A stretch of DNA of 64,000 nucleotides from Rhizophagus irregularis. Its lineage: Eukaryota. Below are positions 36,645-49,213 of the stretch, one piece after another. How positions within the stretch are numbered: the stretch's first letter is position 1; each line of letters begins with the position of its first letter. The notes beneath the pieces are model-generated. The model saw only the letters and a program-made list of their open reading frames with translations, made no database searches and was not told where the DNA came from. The stretch is taken from positions 2,170,001 to 2,234,000 of the forward strand of contig NC_089436.1 in the NCBI RefSeq assembly GCF_026210795.1, in the 5' to 3' direction. The translations under genes were made by a program, and so were the position numbers.

Positions 36645-39600
36645 CATACCAGTAATCTATATTCAAAAATAAAATTGTACCACTTAAAAATCTTATAAAA
36701 TTTTAAAAATGAAGTTTTAAGAAAAATAAACTAGTAATCTTATTCATCAAGGTGAGTACTATTAAATTACTGGTCAGAATTTTAAAAAATGGTTTGTACA
36801 ATAAGTTATAAGCATTTAAATTCAGATAATTTTTATATGATTAGCCCAAATTTGAAATAAATCAAATCATGTGAATTGAATTTTATTGGTCAAAATGTTT
36901 GTAATTCTAGCTAACATTATGATAAATTTAACACCAGCCTGAATTATTTTACTCATTAATCATAGGAAAATCTTAATCATTATATGTGAGAAAATTTTCT
37001 GGTTAGCCAATATCCATTTAAGTTTAATGCCACGTAAAACAAAGCGCCAATAGCAAGTTAGCAAAATATCCAGAAAAAAAGGACGCTATGCTTTCCAAGA
37101 ATAGGTTATCATAGAAGAAACCATAACAAGAGAGATAGAAACTATTGAAAAAAGTGAAAAAGAGACAGGAAATAATATTATTATTGAAGAGTGAATAGAA
37201 GGTGAAGTTGTTGGAGATTTGATAGAGGGTGAGGTCGTTGAAGACTGGACAGAAGAAAGCTTGAAAGAGTTTAAAGAAGTGGAAAAAAGGTTTATCACTG
37301 AAGCTCTACACTGGTATGATGATGTTGCAAATAGCATTAGAGCAGTATACACTGGAAATTTAAGAACTACACTTTGGAAAAAAAATAAAGAGAGAAAAAA
37401 TTAAATGATGATGCAAAGGAAATGATGACACTTAATACATTTTTTAAAAAAAAAATTCTGAGACATTGTATTCACAATCATCTCCATCATCTCTTCTTTC
37501 ACTTCCAGAAATTACACAAAATCCACTATTTTCCATTGATAATCTTCATGTACGTTTAAAAGAAATAAATGAATAGTGTTTAATAACAAAATCTGCAAAA
37601 AAAAATGAAGAAATATTCACCTATAACTACTTACAATGCCTAAGTATATGAAGATTCATCCAGTTGTTATTAAATGGACAAGGTAAAATAGATGTAAGCA
37701 ATAATATTTCACAAATAATATGAAATAAGAGTACTTATATATGGCAACATGTATTCGGAAATGGGAAACTTACTTTATACAGACAAGAGAACTTCTTATT
37801 TATTATCAAGGAAAACATTCAAAATTGGAAAATTTGTTAAATGACGAGGATTTTAAAAATGAATGCCAAATATGATTAAGGTAATAAATACCAGAATCAC
37901 GTTCTTCCACCAATCTAAAAACATACATTGAAGAAACAGTATTTTCAAAATTGACAAGACACATTAAAAAAGAAACAATTTCTGAAAAAACATGTCGAAA
38001 TTATATGCATTTGTGGGGTACAAGTATGATGAAAAAAAGAAAGGTATTTATTATAATGGAAACAAGTGACCAGATGTGGTAAAATATAAGAAGGAATGGT
38101 TAAAGAGAATGTTAGAATATAAAAAATCTATGAAAGATTTTGATAGCAATATTTTAGATGTTGTTTTGCTTAAGCTGAAAGAGAAAGAATTAGTGCAAGT
38201 ACTTAATTCATAATGAATGCCATTTTTATGCAAATGATGGATAACGGAAAATTTGGATGCAAAAGGATAAGAATATTTTACGCTCAAAACACATTGGACA
38301 CTCTATTATGGTTTCAACTTTTCTTTATTCATATTATGGATTATTACAATTATCTGATGAACAATTGCAAGCAAATCCACATATTGAACAAAAAGAGGCT
38401 TTTATTCTTCGATCTGTACAAACAGATAGAAATTGGAACATATGTTAGATCAGATATAAAAAATTAATATAATTTTAAAAAAAAATCAATAAATTCACCT
38501 TTTTTTATAAATGTAACTCATGCATCAAGAAATTCCAATATTTGAAATATTGCATTTTGAGTATATTGGTGTTTTTTACTTTGATCAATCAACAAATTAC
38601 AATGCTATGGCAAGTGATGCACTTGTTGCAACAAAAATAAATCTGAGTTCCAAAGGAAAATAGCCTAAAATGTGTAATGGTTGGTATATTAAAAATGGTG
38701 AAAAATGCGTACAATCAATGATATTTCCAAATAATCATCACTTGAAAAGGCAATTAAAAAGTATTAAATAAGTTCAATGAAAGAAATTTGCTTGATATGT
38801 GAGCAGTGCTCAAGAAAATGTGATGATATTGATCTGAAAGGGGTAGATTGTTGTACACGAAAAATAATGTCATTGCAACCTGATTTTTGTGAGTAACGGT
38901 CAATGTTGGAAGAAGCAATAATTAAAGCAGAATACATTTTTGAATGATAACTAAAATTCCATTGCAAGTGCAATTTTATAGAACGATTCTAGGGCTTTAC
39001 AAAAAGAGAAACTAGATGAATATGCAGTTATAATTTTGCAGAATTAATAAAACAAGTTCCAGAAGTTCTTGTTAGTGTTCCTGTAACAACTATTTGCAAG
39101 TTTACACGCAAGTCGTGAAGGTATATAGATGCATATGACAAAGGGTTAGAGGGTAGAACTGCTGAATAGGCTGTTAGCAAATATAAATTACACTGTCAAA
39201 TATCCAAAAATATTGAAAAATTAATGGAATAGTAAAACAGTGTTGGCACTTGGCCATTTGGCCGTTTGGCCACGGCCAAATGCCAATACAGCCTTAATAA
39301 AGTATTAGTATTTTGTTATTTGGCCAAAATTTGGCCAGGGTTGGCCATTGGCCGTTTTGCCATTTTGGCTGGCCAAATTGGCCAAAAAAATTCTTGGCTG
39401 CGGCCAAATGCCAACACTAAGTAAAACATTGGTTTTGTTTTTGGTAGTTTCGTTTATTATTAATTAATAACTTTTTCTAATAATAATTTTTTAGTGTATT
39501 GATATTTTTATATAATACAAACTTCATTAATGTAATAAAATTTGAACACGTTAGTTTAAAAATCGTCTTTTGTTGTACAAAATTCTTAGATTTTAATTGG

Positions 39601-39685
39601 TTAATTTGACATCACGTGATATAAGATTTCTGACAGAAAATTGAAATAAAATCATGTGATTTTTGAGTATAGATTTCCAGCACCA
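36645..39685 (+). mobile_element. IS630/Tc1-mariner-superfamily transposon (DGHER/PKFHCE-type), decayed transposase ~37027-39233
   Basis: Degenerate TIR (..AATCTATA(T/C)TCAAAA) with TA flanks. Remnant motifs KKGIYYNGNK*PDVVKY, HNECHFYANDG, SIMVSTFL, FDQSTNYNAMASDAL, *LKFHCKCNFIERF*G. Confidence 0.8.
39239..39419. mobile_element. hAT MITE
   Basis: Ends (T)AGTGTTGGCA / TGCCAACACTA; TTGGCC subterminal repeats; TSD AGTAAAAC. Confidence 0.8.
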
Positions 39686-40387
39686 TATTAAAAAAAATAA
39701 AAAAATTAAACCAAGATTTATACTTATTTACGAATCTTAGTTTCTTGGTTTTCCATTTTTCAAAAGTCTACCCGATCTTAAAAAAAAGAAAAAAACGGTT
39801 ATTAGTAACCGTTTATTAATATTAAAAAAAAATAAAAAAATTAAACCAAGATTCGTAGTTACTTATGAATCTTGGTTCCACTTTTTTCAAAGATCGGAAG
39901 CTCACCCAATCCTAAAAAATGGTTATTAGTAACTGTTCATTAATATTAAAAAAAATAAATTAAATTAAATCAAGATTCATAATTATTTACGAATCTTGGT
40001 TCCACTTTTTCCAAATATTAAAAGCCTACTGAAACCTAAAAAATAAAAAAGAATGGTTATTAGTAACCATTCATTAATATTAAAAAAAAATAAAAAAAAT
40101 TAAATTAAAATTCATAGTTACTTACGAATCTTAGTTTTTTTGTTCTTTGGAACTTGAAAGCCCGTTCATACCTAAAAAAAAGAAAAGAATGGTTATTAGT
40201 AATCATTCGTAATATTTTTTTTTTTTAAAAAAAAATTAAACCAAGATTCGTAGTTACTTATAAATCTTGGTTCCACTTTTTCTAAAGATTAGACGCCCAC
40301 CTGAAATCTAAAAAATAGAAAAGAATGGTTATTAGTAACTGTTCATAAAAAAAACCAAAAAAAAACCAAGATTTGTACTCATACTTA

Positions 40388-40666
40388 AGTTGTTCTAACT
40401 TGATTATTTGTTTAACGACCTCTATCTTCTTCTATTTTTTAAAAAATTTGAGATCTAATAAACACATATTATTAAATACCCCCTCTATTTTTAAAAAAAT
40501 TTAAAAGCAAATAAACATATAGTGATAAATATTCCCTTTAAATTTTGCCTGAAATTTTCAAATTTTCTTATATTTATTTATTTAGTTTGTTTAACTTAAG
40601 CCCCCCTCCCCTCTTAATTTTTTTAAAAGATCTGAACGTTAAACAAACAATTAAATTGGAACAGCC
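40388..40666. mobile_element. PIF/Harbinger-like MITE
   Basis: Degenerate ~30-bp TIR (GGCTGTTCCAATTTAATTGTTTGTTTAACG); 3-bp TSD TTA. Confidence 0.7.
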
Positions 40667-41465
40667 TTATGAATCTTGATTTTCTGTTTGTCAGAAGTCC
40701 ACCTGAACCTATAAAAAAAAGAAAGAAACAGTTAGTAAACCATTCCATAATAATAAAAAAGAAAAAAAAAATTTAAGATTTGTAATATTATACTTACAAA
40801 TCTTAAAAGTACTCCTTTTTCTGTTTCCATTTCCTTTCATTTTCCCCTTTTGTTTTACCCTTTCCTTTTGTTTTCCCTTTCCATTTTTCCAAAACCTATA
40901 AAAAAAAACAAGAATGGTTAGTAACCATTTCATAATATTAAAAAAAACTACTAAGATTTTACTTACAAATCTTAGTTTTTTATTATTATGAAGCTTATTT
41001 CATCTGGCAATACCTGCAAGAAAAAGAAAAAAAAGAAATATTAAAACATTCCTAAAGTAAAAAAAAATGACTTTTCCTTCCCATTTACCTTATTATCTAA
41101 AGTCTAATACGTAGTTTCGATCAGCATTCCTATAAAATTACTATGAAAAGGGAAAGGGCCACATTAAAATTTTTTAAAAAAAATAATAAATTTTTTTTTG
41201 TTTTTTCTTTTTCAAATGCTAGTCTAAAGGATGAGAAAAAGAAGGAATAAAAGTTTAAAAAAGAATGCATAAGATTTTTTTTAAACTTTTGATATGTGTA
41301 ATGTGTGACGTGACTATTCGACCAGTATGGTTAATTATTCGACCAATGTCTAATTGTAGATCATTGCTAATTAAGATCAAATTTTTAATTTTAGTCAAAT
41401 ATAGGCCAAATTTTACTAATGCCAAATATTTCTTTTTTGACTAGTAATATTTGAGATGCCCGTAC

Positions 41466-42088
41466 TAGAGTTCTGAACAGGTTGACCAAATTCAGGTAAC
41501 CTGATAGGTTGACCTGAATTTATCAGGTCAGATTTAGCAATTGCAATTTAGCATCAGTTCAGGTTGTAACATCAATATAACATGAATGACTTGTTGACCT
41601 AAAACTATGATTTTATATAATATAAGTAAGTTATAGTATTATAATTCACTTTTTATATTGATTTTATATATAAAAAGTGAATTGCGGTATCAGAATTCAC
41701 TTTTTTATATTGATTTTATATATAAAAAGTGAATTGCAGTATCGGAATTCACTTTTTATATTGATTTTATATATAAAAAGTGAATTGCAGTATCGGAATT
41801 TACTTTTTTTATGTTGATTTTATATAAAAAAGCTAGTTATAATATTGCAATTTACCTTTTTATACGATTTCAATATAAAAAAGTGAATTGCAATATTTCA
41901 AAAAAAATGGTTTGCACCATTTTTTTTTTTGATATTTTAATAAAAATTTTGAAAATTTTCAGGTTTCAATTCAAGTCAGGTCAAAAAGATAACCTAATAT
42001 AACATGATCTGACTTGAGTGATCTGAAAAAAAATTTCAGGTCAGGTTTATCAATTAACCTGACCTGACCTGATCCATTCAGAACTCTA
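41466..42088. mobile_element. hAT MITE, family TAGAGTTC (copy 3)
   Basis: Colinear with 8911-9518; TSD GCCCGTAC/GCCTGTAG. Confidence 0.85.
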
Positions 42089-42305
42089 GCCTGTAGCCCT
42101 GTACTATTGAAAAAAGCTATTAAGAATGTTTTATCAATATCTCTACTACTCACAAAACTACTTCATGACCAATAAATTTGCCGAAGTTTACGTACTTGCC
42201 TTTTTTTACTTTATTACCTTTAACCTATATTACACTATCATGTGATACTGATATAAATTGAATTAAAAATTCAATTACTTAATGATTAAATTGGTTTAAT
42301 CACTG

Positions 42306-42800
42306 TGGTCGTACCTCCATAAGTGTATGCACTTGGGACCTGACTATGCACATGCAGTTAGGGAGGATATGCACTTAAAGAACAGCTAATAGAAAAATCA
42401 ATATTAGTAATTGGAGAAAATATTTATTTAAATTCACTTTTATTTTATATTATATTTTCATTTTAATGAAAGAATTGCACATACAAAAATGATTTGTGGC
42501 GTAAAATAATATAATAAAATTAAAAAGATTGAAAAATATTTTTTATTCAAAAAAATGTAATTTGTCAAATTTATCTATTTTAAAGAATCAAACAGCTATC
42601 GATGATTGGTCAATATTACAAATTATCATGTGAATGTATTTATGGAGAATGTTCTGATATACTTGGAATTCAGAATTACATGCACGTGTAGAACATAGAG
42701 GTGTACACTTAGCTCTAAGTCCCTAACTTGGGATCAAACCATGGCATGTATATAGGAAGGGAATACACTTATAGAGGGTGCACTTATAGAAATACGACTG
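42306..42800. mobile_element. Tc1/pogo-like MITE (degenerate)
   Basis: Right TIR GGGTGCACTTATAGAAATACGACTG+TA; decayed left TIR; related to 7877-8073. Confidence 0.6.
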
Positions 42801-44419
42801 TATTCGAGTTTTCTGAATCGTCTAACGGTGCTATCAAGTGACTGCTTTTCTAGTAAAATAGTATAATTGCATCTACTGTGCTTGAAATATAATATAGGGG
42901 ATAATCTAGGGAGTGTTAATATTCTTATAATTATCTTTTATTAAGATTTTACTTTTACTTTTATCACTTTTTAAAAGACTATATAACTTTATTTTTAGTT
43001 AGTTTATTTTTAATTGTTTTTTTTAATATAATTTGTTTAATTGTAAATATTTTGAATAAAATTAATAAAGATAAAGATACTATGCTATGTTTGCTCAAAA
43101 GTGTGACTTATGACCTGTTTTAAAGATATCTAAGGTCCTTCTATTATATTTACTTTCTAGGTGAACCTTAACTCTTCTAACCACTTCTCAAATCTATCTA
43201 ATTGGAAAAAAGTATTTGGACCATTAGAGGTAGTATTTGCTTCTATTTTAATTTTCTATGATCTTTTTTTTTATAATATCTATTAACTTTTTAGTAAACA
43301 ACTTGCCAATTTCTCAATATCTGGATGAATTTTTCTAGTTTGTTCTTCAGATAGTGAATTATTTTACGGATTATAAGATGTAACCATACATTCTTTTTCA
43401 TAGATAAGGTAATTACTTGAATAAGTCTTTATAGTGAATAGTGATTATTAAAATGTAGTTGACTGATCATATATCCAATTATAGGTAAGTAATATAAACT
43501 TGGAAAATTCCCAGAAAATAATATTCCAAAAAGTCATATTATTCCAGAAGTTTTGGTATTCCATATTTTTTTCAGCAAAACTTTTCTGCCTATAAATTAG
43601 CCAAAAAATTTTCTAAAGCCTAGATTCTGGTTTCTCTGGTCGAATTTTTTCTGCCTCTAGCACTTGCATCTTCATATTTTTAATTTTATTGTGCAGTTGC
43701 TGATTAGCTTTAATCCACTCATCATATTTCCTAGTTAGTTCTTGCATGAATCAGCCAAATGTTTCATTATTATAATTAAGTAATTGTTTTTACCAGATGA
43801 TAAGTTCATTTTTAACTTGGCTATTAATTTCTGCTTCATGATTGCAGGTAATATTGTCAGTTTGTATTCATTATCTAAAACATAAGAAATAGGCAATGTT
43901 AAAGATAAAGGACAATCTGGCCAACTTTGGGGTGCAACTTTTTCTGATCCATGGTTTTGTGTCTCCAGTTTAATGAATTTTCATAGACATTTAATTTATG
44001 ATGTAATTCTTCTATCCTATTACATTTTTCAAAGATCTGTTCTGGAAGAATAGGATTACGAGAGTGGTGTAAGAGCTGATTATATGCCCTATTTACTAAA
44101 CTTATTGGAAGCTTATATATTTATAATCAGGATGGAACATTTTCCTCAGACGCAAATTTTGCATGCAAAAAAATTATGCACAGCACTTTCGGCGCATACA
44201 TTGATTAAAAAATTGCTAGCCCGATATGGGCAAAACTTTATTAATTGTTTTATTATGCGTAACGACAATCATGCTTTACAATACTACATATTAAAAAAAT
44301 GCTGAACTTCAAGATGGTGACGGCTGGTCACGATTCGTCATCACGTGATATGATACGCAAGTTCGATAATTTAGAAATTCTCATGCGAATCGAGATTTGC
44401 AGTCTAAATTTTAAACATT

Positions 44420-45563
44420 ATGGTCATGGAAGTTTGGTTGCCCATAACTGGTTTGAATTTACTAGTATCTAATCTTGGGCGCATTAAAGACAAAAACGGT
44501 ATGATATTTAAGCGAAATCCATGTAAAAAAAGTGGTTATGTACTTCCAACATTAACATTAACAGTTAATGGTATACTAGAACCCATGTAACCACAAATAA
44601 GATTTGGTCTAATCCGCTATTGACTTCACGACACACTTTGGATATTTCGGATACTACTATTTCTTCACTATTAAATCCCTCACAACCAAAACCTACAGTA
44701 TCAACTATGCGATATTTAGTAGACAATGAACTATTTCCATTTCCATTTCCCTGCTTTGAACTTTCCGTGTCTTAGTCGCACAAACCTTTATTCCTAATCC
44801 AGAAAATAAGCCATACGTTAATCACATTAACGGCATCAGACACGATAATCGGGCTATTAATTTGGAATGGGTAACTCCTAAAGAGAATGCTGAACACAGG
44901 ACATTCCCTAATCCCGGCCGTGGCAGTTCTAGACTAATCATATAGAAACATTATTATACAGGTTTGGAATTCTAGGTAATACACTTAAAATCGCAGAATG
45001 TAGCATTACAACATGTTGCAGAGGAAAGATAAATACTGCTGGTGGGTGGCGTTGGATGTATTATATGGAACAAGACCCCAATGAAGAATGGAAAGAGATA
45101 GAGGTCAATTCACAAAAATTTAGATTTCACCTTTAGGTAAGATTCAGTTAGTTAGTGGCGTGATCATCCGAGGATCGTTATGCGCAAGCTATTACCGAAT
45201 TGGCCGAGTTCACAAGTATTTGGTCTACCGCTTGGTTGCATTGGCATTTTGCCCCAAAGAAGAAGGAAAAGAAAATGTAAATCATATTGATGGGGATTCT
45301 ACAAACAACAGGGCATCTAATCTCTAATGGTGTACATGAAGGAAAACACTCAACATGCCATACGTCTTGGGCTTCGTAGTAACAGCTCCACTCAACGTGC
45401 TGTCAAAGTTTTTGATGATGGTTCTATTCGAGAATTTCCATCCTTAGCTGAAGCACAGCGCATAACTGGAATTAACCGGTCAAATATTTGTGAAGTATGT
45501 CGAGGTATTCGAAACCATGCTGGAGGTCATCGCTGGGAGTACATAAATACAATAAAATATTGA
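44420..45563 (+). pseudogene. Double HNH homing-endonuclease relic (NUMOD4-HNH-NUMOD1, twice), intronless, giant-virus/phage-like
   Basis: [133 protein letters not shown]. Confidence 0.88.
44583..44761 (-). pseudogene. AIG1/GIMAP-like GTPase gene fragment inserted in the HNH relic
   Basis: Open frame TKYRIVDTVGFGCEGFNSEEIVVSEISKVCREVNSGLDQILFVV (G3 motif DTxG and GLxQILFV); flanked by a GAAC direct repeat. Confidence 0.7.
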
Positions 45564-45777
45564 GTTATTTAGTTACATACGAAATTTTGATTGTTAAAAA
45601 TGGATATAATCCTAAAAGAATTTTTATTATTGCAAAAATAAAATACATGAAGTCTTTATGCGGAATGTACCTGCCTATTGTTTGATTTTTTTCTTGTACA
45701 ATGTTTTTAGTTGCTGGTTCATCGCTGGAAGATCCCAACACTTTTGCATAATTGCAATGGGTCATACCACCTAGTTG

Positions 45778-45896
45778 CGGGACGTACCCATCACCCGCCA
45801 GACGTACTATTGGGCTAGCAAAAAGGCCGATATGTTCTCCATCTCGTACATCCACCGGGACGTACCCATCACCCGCCAGACGTACTATTGGGCTAG
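45778..45896. repeat. Perfect 41-bp direct repeat x2 separated by 37 bp
   Basis: CGGGACGTACCCATCACCCGCCAGACGTACTATTGGGCTAG at 45778-45818 and 45856-45896. Confidence 0.95.
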
Positions 45897-46035
45897 GTGG
45901 AGACAAGAAGGCAATCATGCAAAACCTGATAAGATAGAAAATAAAGCAGGACATCCTTATTACCTTATTACTATGTAAAATTATCCAGTGTATTACAAAT
46001 GCCACGTGGAATTGTCACGATCACGGATCACCAAA

Positions 46036-47861
46036 ATGACCAAATACGCGTTATCTGCCACTATATCAACTGGACTTTAAGATGAATTGGGTCCCCCAGA
46101 GCAACTTAAGAATATTATTGACAATTATTTCTTTGCAAATACGTGGTACGACTGGTGCCTTGTTGAATTTCTTGAGTTTAAGAGAAGCGAAGTCCTGGCT
46201 GGCCTTCTAAAGGTATCCGTGCATCATTCGTATAAGAAAGGTTTACAATTGATCCTGGAATCAAAGCCACCCGATGATGTCTCCTTCGCCATTATGAAAC
46301 AGCTAACACAAAAGATAACAGAAAGTGAGGAGGTCAAAATGTTTTGGAAAACAATAACTGCTGAAAAGAAATATAAGGAACAATTAGATATTATCAGAAC
46401 CAGTGCTTCATTCGAAAGTGTAAGTAGTCTATGTGCTTTGCACGTATTTTTTCGATCACAATGCATTAATTTAGCTTTTAGGATATTCTCAAAATTCGCG
46501 GGAAAAGATTTTCTGAAGAAATTGATGATGTAGCTCAACGAGATGTAAAAAGAGTGGAACTTGGAAATGATAATGAAGATATTAGCACACCTACAAGAAT
46601 TAAATTTGAAGCTCAAAGCGAAAAAATAGAAAATGGAGAATATGAAGAAGTGGAGATCGACAAGGAACAAACAGCGTTTTGTTCAGACAACAATAAACAA
46701 ACTAACAATCAAATAAAAGATCACAAGTTAGAATTATTTTCAACTCCTCATAAACCGATCCTTACACCATATAAGTTTAGTATTATATCGTCTAAAGTTA
46801 TTCCTGGGTTTAAATCCCTTAAAAGTACTCTTAATATAAGATATCCTGAGATAGTAAATGAGATCGAAATTTATGAGAAAGAACAAAAAAAGACTAACCA
46901 GCTTGGGAACAACTCTTACAGTATGGTTACGAAAAACTTTATCATCATCCACTCCAGAGGAGTTATATGAATGCCTTATGCAGAAATTGCAAGATGAAAA
47001 CATCACAGACCGAGACAAGAAATTACATGAAATATTTGAGTTAACATTAAGGGAATTTTACTTAATGATTAAATATAATCCAAAACATGCTCTCATAAGA
47101 CACAATTCAGAGAGAAAATTTTTTGTCGAAAGGGTGTCAACACCATTTAAACTTGTTGAATATGTGTTTGGAACCATTATAACGTATTGGATTGAAAAAG
47201 AAATAATGTCGACAAAGGCAACGGAGTTCGTAGATGATCCAATTGGTGATCCAGTTTCGAAGAAGGCTGATGCACTGGCCACAGATCTTACATATAATTT
47301 AGACGTTATGAATATGGAATCATCAGGAGGTCCCTTTCAACAAGACAGAAAACATACTCTCGAGGATTCAGAAAAGATCTCCAAAACATTCTCCTCACGA
47401 GTCTCCGAAAGTATCTTTGTGCTAGTGTTGAAACCGCCAAAAAACTTAAAACATACAATATTCAAATCGTTGGTATGCAAATTGTTTCTTGTATTATATA
47501 TATATACTGATGTATTGATATTGATATGACAATTTTTGTAGAAGATCGAATTACACTAATGGAAGTATTCCTTTACAAGCCACGGATCTGCAAAGAGATT
47601 GAAGTCAGAAGTGCCGTCTTTCCATTTGCTTTATCTTCCATAGGAGAATATATGCGTATTTTTGAGCTTATATCATACTATGTGGTATGTTATTCTGTTT
47701 TATAATACACAATCCTATCAAAATAAGTTATTAATTTTGTGCATATCTAGGATGGATTGCTCAAGCGCCAAGAGGTTATACGGGAGTTGTCTAAAGAAAG
47801 TAATGGAGTAAAGGAGGTAACTTCAGAAATATTTTCGGATTGGTGGAGTAAGACTTTGTAA
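46036..47861 (+). pseudogene. Intron-containing pseudogene with a C-terminal PD-(D/E)xK restriction-endonuclease-like domain (Crinkler/CR-effector REase type)
   Basis: Motif KKADAL...MESSGGPFQQDRKHTLEDSEK and downstream YNIQIV/DRITL, EVRSAVFP. Introns at 46420-46481 plus two near the 3' end; early TAA at 46078 and two frameshifts. Confidence 0.65.
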
Positions 47862-48133
47862 TAATTTGCTATCTACCAACAACTGAAATGGTTGCGTAAC
47901 ATCAGAGTTATGTTACAGAAAATCCGTTATAATAATGTTAAGCATTTTATGTGATATGAATTTATCTGATTTTATTACCATATACAGTATATACTTGTAT
48001 AATATACATGAGTAAGAAAAAAAAAATAATACCCAATACTGGCGAATTCAAGTTACAAACTGATTAATTACTAAAATTGTGTTGATTGATTTTTTTTTGC
48101 ATTACAAATACGAAATATTGTCATTACTTCCAG

Positions 48134-48640
48134 CTAATTTTTAACTACTATTTCTCCTAACCTGGGATGCAACATATTTAAATATTTAATATTATCTTCA
48201 CTTAAGTTTGAAATAGAATTGGCTGTAAACGATTTAATTCGTTGTATATATGTCATCCGTTGAATATTATCGTCACTAAGACGGAAAAAAAGATCATAAA
48301 CTTTTCTCGCTCCTTCAGCTTTCTTTTGGAGTGTGTTTTTTGGGAAGCTGATCCCTAACATCATCTTATGGGCCTCATGTTCCACATTCGTTTTTCTGTG
48401 GTGGGCAAGTTGCTTCTCCAAAGTTGTAATAAGCCATTATTAGTTCATGACGTGTGTTTTCATTCCATTCCTCAGCCTTAGAAATTTTAAAATACAGATC
48501 AAAAAAAGTTCGGGAGTCTTCACCTCTCGTATAGATTCTCTACGAAGGCCTTTCCTTTCCTTAATCTCAGAAAGTCGAGTAGTATTAGAAAATAACTCCC
48601 GGATAAGCTTGTTTAAAATATTAGAGTCCTCTGGTTGAAT
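48134..48640 (-). pseudogene. Gene fragment with small helical 'ARKVYDLF...ISNLS' domain, truncated at a MITE
   Basis: LQKKAEGARKVYDLFFRL..IQRIKSFTANSISNLSEDNIKY; the upstream frame ends at the MITE starting at 48644. Confidence 0.5.
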
Positions 48641-48643
48641 ATA

Positions 48644-48821
48644 CAGTCGACCCCCTATATAGTCACCCCCGTATAATCACAACATATAAAATTCCCCTTT
48701 ATACCCAATGTACTAATAAATATATTAGAAAAACCTCCTCTATAGTCACAACATATGACTTTTTTTATAATCACACCCTTTTTTTCGGTCCCGAGGGTGT
48801 GACTATAAAGGGGGCTGACTG
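48644..48821. mobile_element. Tc1/pogo-like MITE
   Basis: TIR CAGTC..CCCC.T.TATAGTCAC; TA TSD. Confidence 0.85.
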
Positions 48822-49213
48822 TATATCAAATAGGAATAGAATATAATGTTAAACAACTTATTTTTTATTGATTAGATATCTAAAGATGAAAGAAGTGTTT
48901 TACATCTATATGGTTATTCTTATAAAAATAGTAAAACAAAAAAAAAAGATTGTATTTGTAAAAGAAAATCATTATACAATATTATCAGCATTAACAGTAA
49001 ATAGATTCATTGTAGCTAATATAATATAAGGCAGTTGTGATAAAGATAAACTTCAAACTTTTATATTAACATAAGTGGTAATTATTTATTTATAAAAATT
49101 GTTATTTTAATAGATAAAATTATTTATTTTTTAACGATTATTTTAAATTATTACAGATAAATCTGTATCCTAGTAAAAATAGTTCATTATGAATAATGCT
49201 CATATTTATTATA

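Larger units (their letters stand above)
25960..41140 (-). repeat. Micro-exon/intron tandem array (~20 units, ~2.7 kb native) split by the Gypsy, Tc1-like and PIF insertions
   Basis: Units at 25960-27050, 36488-36644 and 39686-41140. Example: ggttactaataaccattcttttttattttttag|45-nt exon 39991-40035 ending AACCAAGATTC|gtaaat. The same unit family continues across both large insertions. Confidence 0.75.

Noticed and set aside
43080..44080. Decayed minus-strand coding remnant
   Set aside because: Too degraded to assign a family by eye.
45778..45896. CRISPR-like repeat-spacer-repeat
   Set aside because: Only two repeats, no cas genes, eukaryotic context, and the period is a multiple of 3.
46224..47282. 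Minus-strand ORFs of 74-148 aa
   Set aside because: Antisense shadows of the REase-like pseudogene.
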